Of a stretch of DNA of 64,000 nt, positions 49,030-59,440 are shown piece after piece. Source of the DNA: Camelus dromedarius (Eukaryota); the NCBI RefSeq assembly GCF_036321535.1, contig NC_087443.1:67766001-67830000 (forward strand), given 5' to 3'. The position numbers and the translations under genes were made by a program. The notes below the pieces were generated by a model. The model saw nothing but the letters and a program-made list of their open reading frames with translations. It did not search any database and was not told the DNA's origin. Position 1 is the first letter of the stretch. Every line of letters begins with the position of its first letter.

Positions 49030-50709
49030 TGGGTGTGCCCATTTCTAAAAACTTACCAAACTGAATGTTTTAAGGTTTTTACACTTTACTATATGAATGC
49101 TATACTTCAGCAAAAAGTTTTAAAGGTTTTAATGGGGGAGGCAGAGCGATATATGATGAGTCAGAACCTTGAGTGCCCCCCACCCCCGAGGCTTTACTGA
49201 CTTGAGTGAGTTTGGCCCAGTTTTCCCCAGTCTCAGGGTTATTTCATCTGTAAAATGGAAATAATTTTAATAAGAGCTACTTTTACTAACTCCATTTTAT
49301 GTAAAAGGAAACAGAAATGGAGGGAGGTGAAATACTGTGTTGGAGGAAACCCAGCTGGGGAGTGGCACTGGCAGGTTCAAGGCCATCATTCTAGAACCCA
49401 CGTGGCTCATCTCCGCATCCTAGTGCCTGACTGTTGGAGAGCACTTCTAAAATTGTAAAAGACTCAACCAATGTGAAGACTTTACTTAATGATTATTCAG
49501 GACAGGAATTGTTAATAGAAAGTCTAGAAAGTATTTGCAAAAATTTAAGGGTAAGTGCATTTTCCTGGTGAGATACTGGTGAGAGGGGGTCCCTGCCACC
49601 CTCCCCTGAGAAGCAGAAGAGCTAGGAGAGCCCCTGTTCTAAAGGAGTGGCCAGTGGTAGCCTTGACTGGACCAAGCCCCTGCCGGCCTCTGACCTGGAA
49701 TTCCTCTCTTCCCTTTTGACCTAGCTTCTTCCTTTCTTTTTTCTTTAGCCCCAGGCAAACCACTTCTCTGGGGAGCCACCTCTCAGTCACCTCCCATTTG
49801 AAAGCAGGGGCCAGGGTTGGGAGGGTGGCTGGCCTCCCTCACCAGGGAACTTGCTCTTGCTTAATTAGTGTTTGCAAAGGGCTGCGTATTATTAAATTAC
49901 TAGACAATTGAGACGAAGCCTTGGGGGCTTTTGAAATCTGTCGTGCTGCTCTCCCTCACTGAGTGGGAGGGATTTGCCCAAGGGGCAGGGAGAGAAGGGT
50001 GGTAGGGGACCCTCTCGCGGTGGGGGTGGCCCTCTCCTGACGGACAGCACCACAAAGAGATCCTAAAGAGCTTTTGCTGTAACTGCCCGGCCTGTCTTTG
50101 GTGCTTGAAAGTCACCATTCCAGATGTTTGCTTTGAGTTTAGGCATCTTTCCTTTTTACAGTGCAGCCACTCTTGAGAGGAGTAACCAGGAGAGATAAAA
50201 TAACAGTGATAAGAGCTAAGATGTACTGAGCCCTCCCGTGGAGCCAGGACCGTGCTAAATCCTGGCACTCCATTTCCATCTGGAGAGGGGAGGCAGGAAA
50301 GGAAATCTGCTCTATTGAAAGCCTCTGTGATCAAGGCAATTGTACCTGTTATTTCATTGAATCCTCAAGATAACACTCAGACATAGATGTTATGTCCCCA
50401 TTTCATAGATGAGTAAGTAGAGGCAGAATAATTTATGCATTGGCCCCATGTCACACATTCATACATAGCAGAGCCAAAATTTGAACCCTTCTGGTGAGAC
50501 TAAGATGCCCTTTAGTGCAGGGCATAGGTTCTCACCAGGGAGTGGAGGTGGCACAGTTTGAAACAACTCCCCTGGCCATTCTGATACAGCTTCCGGTTGG
50601 CTGGAAGGAGAGGGGATGGTGGGGCCCCCCCCCCATCAGTTAGAGAACTGACTTACTAAAGTGAGTGAGTTTACCAGACTCCTTTCAGAGAAGTGATTTG
50701 CTATAGAGC

Positions 50710-50933
50710 ACTGGTTCTCCACTGGGTGTGATTTTGGTCCCTTACAATTTGCAAAAAGGGACATGTGGCAATTTCTGGAGACATTTTTTCCTGTGATGAC
50801 ATGGGGAGGGGTTCCACTGTCAACTAGTGTGTAGATCACAGATGCTACTCAATGTCTAACAACACAAGGACAGCCCTGCACAACAAGGAATTATTCAGTC
50901 CCAAATGTCAATAGCACGGAGGTTAAGAAACTG
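50710..50933 (+). mobile_element. MER20 hAT element
   Basis: cactggttctccactgggtgtgattttggtccc...ctggagacatttt...acaaggacagccctgcacaacaaggaattattcagtcccaaatgtcaatag...ggttaagaaactg. Confidence 0.85.
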
Positions 50934-51199
50934 TGGCACTTTTTCGGGGGTGGTATAAGGAAGGAGGTAAATTGGGGAGACAGCCCTAGGCATCCAGAAG
51001 AAGCAAGTGAGAGAGGAATGGATGAGACTTGAGGAGAGATGTCCTCTATTTGACAAGGTAGCTGAAGGACAGGTGTGAGTTTTGCTTTAGAAGAAATTAA
51101 TTATGTTTTTGCCAAGATCTTCTTTTTACCACCAGAATAGCACAGAAAGTTGGTGAGAGTGATTCTGTTGCTGGGTTGACCCAGGAACCAGTAGCAAAA

Positions 51200-51390
51200 G
51201 AAGACCTGGACATGGAATCGGGAAACTTGACTTCCAGTCTTGGCCTGGTCATTGCCAGCTCTGCGATGGACCTCTGGGAGCCTCGGTTTCCTTCCCTATA
51301 AAATGGGGATAATTATATTTGTCCCCTCTACCTCACAAGGTATTGTGAGTAGCAGGTGGAGCAAGGTTTAAGAAAGGGCTTTGTAGAAGG
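51200..51390 (+). mobile_element. MIR SINE
   Basis: gagcctcggtttccttccctataaaatggggataatt...ctacctcacaaggtattgtgag. Confidence 0.75.
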
Positions 51391-54368
51391 ACAGTATCCT
51401 TAAAGGACAGAGGATGCTGCCTCTGCGAAATCTGCATGCGGATCTCGGAGCTTATTTTGGGTGGGTGGGGCTCATTATTTATTTTTAAATTAAAGGAGTG
51501 AAATGGAATCCTTTGTCATCCATGTGCTCTGAAATTCAAGTAGAGAAAAATTCGGCAAACAGAGCTTTAAAAATGACATGTCACTTGCAACGTAGCAACA
51601 GGTACCTTTTTACCCCCAATTTGGGGGAGGAGGGATGGCTATGAGAAGGAGGAGGAAAACCAAAGCATTTATTTCTTAAAATAGAAAGAAAAGCATTTTC
51701 TTTCTGATGATGATGCAAATAATCCATGCCTGGCTTTTAAGACCAAACAAAACCAGATAGTATAGAAAAGCATACAAATGCAAGTAAAAATTACCCCCAC
51801 TTCTATCATCTAGGGAAAAAAGTGCTGTTGATATTTTCGAAGGAACACATCCTTCATCCTTTCAAATACTTTAATGAACAATTATACTTTTTTTTAAACG
51901 GTGTTTTGCAGCCAGCAATAAAATAACATGAACAGCCAGAAGAGCGCATTAGAAAGATGATGCTTCTACAGAGGGGTATGTGAGGGTCCTTTAGAGAAGA
52001 AAAGATTACAAGACATCAGTATCAGATCCTTCCTTTAGGAAGGCCCCATCTGGCTTCCAGATAGTTACCACCTTTGCTGTTGGGTGATGGGGGTGGGCGG
52101 CAGGGCCTGGCGGGGTTAGGAGGGTCTCATAGGCACCTAGACACCATCACTCCAGCCCCTGGTGAACATTGGTAGGACTGAGAAGGGGAGTGGGCGGGGC
52201 CTCTGCTGGTTCTTCTCTACCCAGGACTTGAGTTTCCACAGGGGCAGAGCCCTTTGCTGGGTTGGAGTAAGGAATGTACTTGCTTTTTCCGTACACAAAC
52301 CATCAGGAACCTGGGCTGTCTTGAGAAAGCATGGGAGAATCAGTGTCTGGGTACCATGCATAGAGAAAGATCACGTTTCCAAGGGCAGTGTTGCTGGGAG
52401 GGGCAGCTGTGCTTCTTATGGGGTTTTGGGGTCATTATAATCTCTCACTCTTGGCATCCTGGAACCTTTAAGAAATAACAATTAATGCCTTCCCTCATGC
52501 TGTAGGTATTTACAGCGTGCCCTCAGGCTACCAAGACACAGCAGACAGTCCACTGGAAGCCTCCCTCCTTGTTGCTGCACCCATGCTGCAGGCTGTTGTC
52601 TGTACTGCGACCCAAACTCACTCTGGACCCTGAAACTCATCATTTATCTTTCTTCCCTTTCCTGTCCAAATGAGTGTTTCATTAGGAAATATAATCCACG
52701 AATATCATTGGAATTTACAGAAGCAATTGGGATTTTTGCAAGGCAGCGGGGAGCTGATTCTAATTCAGTCTCAAGTGATTTGATCAACATAGATTTAGTC
52801 CTTCCTCAAGGACAGACTGAGGCTCAAAGCTGCTTTGGATTCCTGGGGGGGAACCAAGCCTGAAATCTTCACACTGTGGACATGGGAGTCTCCTTAGATC
52901 CTTCACCTGCTCTGTCCCATGATGCTTTTGGCCAGAAGCAGGTGTGTCAGCCCACACCTAGATAAATTACAGGGGAAACAATGGTATTGTCCTCCCCTGA
53001 AATTTCACCTGCTCTGTCCCTTGAACAGATGTAAACCACCTTATGTGATTGCTCAATGTTGGTGGACATCATGTTTGCCTCAAGTTAAAGTGCCCATGTT
53101 TTTGTGGAAGGTGCTTTGATATCCATGACATTTTTGAACATAACAGTGGGTTTGAGCAGGTAAGGATGTTCTCTGAAAAAGGATGGGGTCACTGAAGCTT
53201 TTTTTTTTTTTTTTAAAGGAAAGCAAAGAAAACCTCGGGCATTTTAATATGTTAAATACACCCGCAATTATTAATTCTAAAGACTTCTACAAATCAACCT
53301 AGATGAAACTTCTTTCACCTTTTTCCTGCCTTTTCCTTCCCTTCTCAGAAACATTTAGACCTACCCTATGGCAATGACTCTTGGGAAGTCTCTGCCCTGT
53401 ATATCCAGTAGCACAAATAATTCAGCATAAAGCAGCCTGNNNNNNNNNNNNNNNNNNNNNNNNNNNNNNNNNNNNNNNNNNNNNNNNNNNNNNNNNNNNN
53501 NNNNNNNNNNNNNNNNNNNNNNNNNNNNNNNNNNNNNNNNNNNNNNNNNNNNNNNNNNNNNNNNNNNNNNNNNNNNNNNNNNNNNNNNNNNNNNNGAAAT
53601 GTACACCACCCCAAAATAAGGCAAGTTATGCAGTAAATGTTTCATTTATTGGCCTTCTTCCATTACTATTAGGGTTAAAAGACATCTTGTCAATAAGAAA
53701 GGTGTGTTTATGGAGGACTGATGTCTTTCGAAAGGCTGCTGCTGTCACAAATGCCTATAGCGGTAGTGAACAGCTAAGAAGGCAGGTGACGAAACCTTGT
53801 ACAAAACCTTGTACAAATGCATACATCTCCCGATTAACCCTTGGATCATCAGGCATTATTGTCACTTTATTGCCTGGACCTGTCATTAGCTGAAGCAAGG
53901 TGATCAAGCCAGGCACTTCAGAAAAATGCCAGAACAGAACAGTGTTCCTCAGGGTTCCAAGAAGAGGGTGTGTGCCTTTCCACATCCCTTGACAGAATAA
54001 CTGGGGGAAAATAAAAGGATGTCTGGGAAGGGGGCCCTTTTTGCCTACCCCTTCCTCCTGCTAAAGCTGAAAACTCTCAGGTGNNNNNNNNNNNNNNNNN
54101 NNNNNNNNNNNNNNNNNNNNNNNNNNNNNNNNNNNNNNNNNNNNNNNNNNNNNNNNNNNNNNNNNNNNNNNNNNNNNNNNNNNNNNNNNNNNNNNNNNNN
54201 NNNNNNNNNNNNNNNNNNNNNNNNNNNNNNNNNNNNNNNNNNNNNNNNNNNNNNNNNNNNNNNTTCCCTCAGTCAGTACACTCCCTGCATAGATAAGTCC
54301 AACACAGTGGGTAACAGATCATCCATCTTGGAGCTTGGATCTTTAAAGAAAAATCACACAGAACATGA

Positions 54369-54402
54369 ACACACACACACACACACAGACACACACACAC
54401 AC
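54369..54402. repeat. (AC)n microsatellite with one interruption
   Basis: acacacacacacacacacagacacacacacacac. Confidence 0.9.
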
Positions 54403-54624
54403 GTGCACGCATGTACACAACCCTGTCGAGGATAATTTAGTAGAATCTTGCTAAGTGATTGGGGGAGCTGAATATGGTTGTCAACATGTTTTCTCTACTT
54501 CTGGTGACTCTAAGCAGACTATCCTTGTTTTTCCTAAATTCTAAAGCTAAACTTCCAATAGAGTTTGTCCCTTTTGCTGGTGTGCCAGTGAGCCTCTTAG
54601 CATAACTGGGGTGTGGGCTGAAAA

Positions 54625-54760
54625 TATGGAATCATGGACTCTCTGAATGTTAGAAAGGACCTAAGAAAATATCCAGTCCAACCACCTCACCTGTCAGGTG
54701 AGATAGGACTAAGGGGCCATAGGTAACAAGGCCAATGGCCAGCCAGTTTCTGTCATCTCA
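54625..54760 (-). mobile_element. MIR3/MIRc-type fragment (last recognisable TE before TCF7L2)
   Basis: gaatcatggactctctgaatgttagaaaggacctaagaaaatatccagtccaacacctcacctgtcaggtgag. Confidence 0.6.
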
Positions 54761-56345
54761 TCAAGCACGGTCCCACATCTCAGAGGGGACCTACTAATTC
54801 GCCATAATTCCTCCCCCTCAAAGGGAACTGATGCCCAAAAAGTGATTTATATAAACCGAAACTTTCTTTTTACGCTCCCCAAGAAGAATGAAGTAGGAAG
54901 TGCCCATGAGAGAGATAACCTAGTCTCTTAATTTTTGAGGTTAAATGCAGATTACTACTATCAACACAGGGATGGCTGAAGGGAAGGAGAAAACAGAGAC
55001 GAGAAACAGCAGAAGGGCAGTGGATGAGGAGGAGGAGAAGGAAGGGGTGCTAAGGGACAGTCTCCTTATAGTCCAGGACCTGGGAGGGAAGAGGTCACAG
55101 CTTCTCCTCCAATCTGCCCAACCCCCAATATGCAAAACTGCTAGGCTCAGGCTCAAGTCAGGACTGGTCTGGTTTCCTCCCTGTGTTTAGAACCCCGGCC
55201 TTTGGGGAAGAACTCTTGGTCCTACTAACCAGGAGTCAGTCATCAGCACCTATAGAGAGAAGTAGCCTCAACACCTGGACCCAAGCCAACTGTTGTTTAA
55301 CATTTCACACCAAATCTACAAATTACATGTCCACGTTGTGGGCCAATCTGACTTTTTTTTTTTTTAATATTATATTACCTTGCTTTTCGCCAATTTCAGT
55401 TTCACACCCTCCACCGTTTCTCCCCTATCCTGGCATCACCTGAAGCCCTTTCAGAGACTCAGGGGTAATTGACCCTCTGAGATCTTGCTAGTCTCCCCAA
55501 GCCTTTTTATGACACAAAGCAGTGAGATTGAATGTGGCATGTGTGCTATCATGGAATAACTTTTAATTGCTTAATTAAATCAGAGATTTAAAGGAGGAAG
55601 GATTCAAGAGTTTCCTTTGAATGAGAAATATAAAGATATGCCGGAATGGATACTAATCATTGGAAGAAAAACCCTTAGTGTTTACACATGATAAAAATGC
55701 AGACCAGGACATTAAAAACAACAGGTAGACTCTTTAAAATTTTAATTCAGTATATTTATGAGCTTTTACTATCCAGGTAAGTCCTATAAAGGACATAGAA
55801 GTCCTCATTATCCAACTTAATTCACATCAAGATTAGATTAAAATAAAAATGCCACTGTACAGGACAAAGAAATTACCCTAGAATTGAGTTACTATAAATG
55901 TGTTCCAGTTTAAGCAAATAAGACCTTAAAACAGGCCTTAGGAAAGTCTATGCTGTACACTGAGTATACAGGTGACGATTAGCAAGCGTGAAGAGCTATG
56001 GTCATTCGCTACATGTGTAAATCTGAAGGCAACCAAGTGAAAAGACCTCAAAAAAGAAAACTGTTAAATCCATTTGTACATGGATTTAACAGTGAAGCAT
56101 TTCATTCTTCATGTTTTTACTTGGTGTCTTGAAATAATCCTTTCTGTCTCTACTCACCCTCTTAGANNNNNNNNNNNNNNNNNNNNNNNNNNNNNNNNNN
56201 NNNNNNNNNNNNNNNNNNNNNNNNNNNNNNNNNNNNNNNNNNNNNNNNNNNNNNNNNNNNNNNNNNNNNNNNNNNNNNNNNNNNNNNNNNNNNNNNNNNN
56301 NNNNNNNNNNNNNNNNNNNNNNTTCTGATTAATATTAAAGTTGGG

Positions 56346-56588
56346 AGTTACAGTGATTTTCCTCTGTAGCCACCCCCCAACCCCCCCACCACATTTTAAT
56401 TTTGCCTGCATCTTACTCTTTAGTGTGCAAATATGGTTACACATTTTTTTCCAGTGCAGGGGAATTCATTGGCCTTGTCAATCTTGGTATCATTATTTTT
56501 AGGAGTCTTATTTCTGAGACCTTAGCGTATAAAACAGTTTTGCTGAAAACCCAAACTCTCTAAATATTACATGGTAAATCTACTTTCG
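56346..56588. other. Unique upstream sequence that is the source of the inverted copy at 44077-44316
   Basis: Direct reverse-complement alignment. Not recognisable as a repeat, and next to N run 56167-56322. Confidence 0.85.
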
Positions 56589-57874
56589 TTTGGAAAGCTT
56601 AGGTGCTGATGGGCCAGCTGAAAAGCAGGTGAGATGTTTTTTAGGGATGGGTGAAATAATTTAGTACATCATGGACTCTAGACCAACACTGTTCCTAACA
56701 GGCAATTTGCTAATTTTTACTGATTTCTTTTTTTCTGGTTCTTTTTATCCCCTTTCATGTTGTAGATTCCAGTCCACTTCTCATTGGATATTTGCAAGAA
56801 AATGAGCGTTCTTGCTCCATTTTCCAGGTACACCGTGTTTTGGGACCCAGGCCTTTTCCCCTTTAACATAATTTTCTTCCCCATTTTGTAGCAAATCAAT
56901 CTGCTCCCCAGGAGAGAGCCTAAAAATCAACAAATACCTGCCTCAAACCTCAAGTTTTCCATCTCCTCCCTGAGGTCTTCCGGCATCAATGGGGTTAGCA
57001 ATTTCCTGCCAGAGCCATCTACATCTTGATTATTTGGTCAGTCTTTCAGGGATTTCATTTCACACCCCCCTTCCAGAAAGACTCCAGCACCACTGATCCC
57101 AGGGGTTGGTAAACTTTCAGTTTTATTTTCCCTGGCTGTGTTAACGCCCAAACTTTTCACCTCCAAAGTCAGAAAGGACTTTGAATTCTAGTTCATTTCC
57201 TACCACCTCCAACGTCAGTTTAAGAAAAAAAAAAAAAGACAACGCTCTACATTGAAAAGAATCATGTATTTTTCCTTAAGGATATTTTTAATGCCTCTGA
57301 CAAACACTACAGTATTTGATTGTTTTTTGGATAAAAAGTCATCTTGGCATATTTATTCTAGTGAGGCTTAAGATTTAGTGAAATGATTCACTATTAATAA
57401 ACAAAAAGGGGAGGGAAGACCTCGTGGGTTAATAGTTTCTTTCACTGCAGATGACCAGGAACTTTGCCCAGCCCTCCACTTCCCCAAGCTCTCTGAAAGT
57501 GGAGGGTTGATCTCTCTTTTTGACCACTTCTGTTACATCCCGCCCAAGGGTGGCTGATTTCACTGCTGGCCTAACCACTAAGCACCCCCCCACCTCTTCT
57601 TCGCAATACTCTCCTCTCCTTCTTTTCCCCTTCCTTAAGGCTTATTTCTAATATTTCTGAAGTGTACTTTTTCTGGGCCTCTCCCCATCCCCGCCCCCCA
57701 AGTGGGCTTTCCTTCCGCCTTCCTCAGCTCGGATTCCTGACTCGGTCGCCACCCCCTTTCCCTCCTCTCGTACTCCGCATTGTCTTTCTGAAGCCTCCCC
57801 CCTCCCGGAGCGAGTCCCCGTTCCCTCGCCCAGACTCCCGGGCTCGCACACACTCAGCGCAGGCCTCTCCCCCT

Positions 57875-58054
57875 GCGCACTCCTCCCTCCGTCTCTCTCC
57901 CCCCACCTCCCCCGCCCCTCTCCTCCTCCTCCTCCTCCTCTCCCTCCTCCCTCTCCCCGCGCCCGAAAGGATCATTGTTAGCCTCCCCCGCCCCGCCCAC
58001 CCCGGCTGTTTATTTATGCAGACGTCACCGAACTGGCCCCGCCCCCCGGCATCT
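57875..58054 (+). promoter_or_regulatory. TCF7L2 proximal promoter
   Basis: Polypyrimidine/(TCC)6 tract 57921-57938, SOX-type CATTGTT 57973-57979, GC/GT boxes 57985-58001, forkhead-type TGTTTAT 58007-58013, CRE-like GACGTCA 58021-58027 and a further GC box, all just before the masked TSS region. Confidence 0.7.
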
Positions 58055-58426
58055 NNNNNNNNNNNNNNNNNNNNNNNNNNNNNNNNNNNNNNNNNNNNNN
58101 NNNNNNNNNNNNNNNNNNNNNNNNNNNNNNNNNNNNNNNNNNNNNNNNNNNNNNNNNNNNNNNNNNNNNNNNNNNNNNNNNNNNNNNNNNNNNNNNNNNN
58201 NNNNNNNNNNNNNNNNNNNNNNNNNNNNNNNNNNNNNNNNNNNNNNNNNNNNNNNNNNNNNNNNNNNNNNNNNNNNNNNNNNNNNNNNNNNNNNNNNNNN
58301 NNNNNNNNNNNNNNNNNNNNNNNNNNNNNNNNNNNNNNNNNNNNNNNNNNNNNNNNNNNNNNNNNNNNNNNNNNNNNNNNNNNNNNNNNNNNNNNNNNNN
58401 NNNNNNNNNNNNNNNNNNNNNNNNNN

Positions 58427-58493
58427 GGAGAAAAAGACCCCAAAGCAGAAAAAAGTTCACCTTGGACTCGTCTTTTTCTTGCATTATTTTTTT
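58427..58493 (+). other. TCF7L2: Visible segment of TCF7L2 exon 1 5'UTR
   Basis: 67 nt between two N runs, recognised directly as TCF7L2 5'UTR sequence. Confidence 0.9.
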
Positions 58494-58584
58494 NNNNNNN
58501 NNNNNNNNNNNNNNNNNNNNNNNNNNNNNNNNNNNNNNNNNNNNNNNNNNNNNNNNNNNNNNNNNNNNNNNNNNNNNNNNNNNN

Positions 58585-58773
58585 NNNNNNNNNNNNNNNN
58601 NNNNNNNNNNNNNNNNNNNNNNNNNNNNNNNNNNNNNNNNNNNNNNNNNNNNNNNNNNNNNNNNNNNNNNNNNNNNNNNNNNNNNNNNNNNNNNNNNNNN
58701 NNNNNNNNNNNNNNNNNNNNNNNNNNNNNNNNNNNNNNNNNNNNNNNNNNNNNNNNNNNNNNNNNNNNNNNNN
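58585..58773 (+). CDS. TCF7L2: TCF7L2 coding exon 1 (beta-catenin-binding N-terminus); inferred, entirely N-masked, coordinates approximate
   Basis: The 312-nt N run 58494-58805 starts right after the 5'UTR anchor. It fits ~90 nt of remaining UTR, ~189 nt of CDS and the intron start as recalled for human. No codons are visible. Confidence 0.6.
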
Positions 58774-58994
58774 NNNNNNNNNNNNNNNNNNNNNNNNNNN
58801 NNNNNTTTTAATCTATTTCCTGGGCTTGGCAAATGTTGCTTAAAGGGGAGAAGTCGGGGTTGGGGGGCGGCGGTGGGGCGCCGCGGGGCCGGGCGGGCGG
58901 CGTGTCCGTGTGGTGCCACCATTGCAAAAACTTGTAACCCTGTTTTTCTCTCCCCCCTCAAACCCCCTCACCCCGCTGGCTCTTTTTTCCCCCN

Positions 58995-59061
58995 NNNNNN
59001 NNNNNNNNNNNNNNNNNNNNNNNNNNNNNNNNNNNNNNNNNNNNNNNNNNNNNNNNNNNNN
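58995..59061 (+). CDS. TCF7L2: TCF7L2 coding exon 2; inferred, N-masked, coordinates approximate
   Basis: A long polypyrimidine tract (58940-58992, ending tcttttttcccc) runs into N run 58993-59149, as expected for a splice acceptor before the ~67-nt exon 2. Confidence 0.55.
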
Positions 59062-59314
59062 NNNNNNNNNNNNNNNNNNNNNNNNNNNNNNNNNNNNNNN
59101 NNNNNNNNNNNNNNNNNNNNNNNNNNNNNNNNNNNNNNNNNNNNNNNNNCCGGGAGCTGCCCCCCGGGCCCGCCGCCCCGCGCGCCCCGGCCCCGCGCCC
59201 CGTTCGGCCCGGCCATGCGCCGGCCCGGCCGGGGCGCCTGGCCACTTGGGACACTTTCTAAAAAGTTTCTCTTCGCTCTCTCCCGCTCCGCGCGGCCNNN
59301 NNNNNNNNNNNNNN

Positions 59315-59440
59315 NNNNNNNNNNNNNNNNNNNNNNNNNNNNNNNNNNNNNNNNNNNNNNNNNNNNNNNNNNNNNNNNNNNNNNNNNNNNNNNNNNNNNN
59401 NNNNNNNNNNNNNNNNNNNNNNNNNNNNNNNNNNNNNNNN
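59315..59440 (+). CDS. TCF7L2: TCF7L2 coding exon 3; inferred, N-masked, coordinates approximate
   Basis: A pyrimidine-rich stretch (tttctcttcgctctctcccgctccgcgcggcc) precedes N run 59298-59493, which is large enough for the ~125-nt exon 3. Confidence 0.5.

Larger units (their letters stand above)
47600..49125 (+). mobile_element. L1M late ORF2/3'UTR remnant containing MER53 and a SINE
   Basis: ctttgtgactttgggctagggcaagatttcttaaac...gcattagtcatcagggaaatgcaaatt...ttactcctaggtatac...tatacttcagcaaaaag. Confidence 0.8.

Noticed and set aside
53792-53815. 12-bp tandem duplication (aaaccttgtaca)x2
   Set aside because: Ordinary slippage indel with no further structure.
1-57000. Exons of the upstream neighbour gene (VTI1A in human) or a processed pseudogene
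   Set aside because: No coding sequence recognised. By recalled human synteny VTI1A ends well outside this window.
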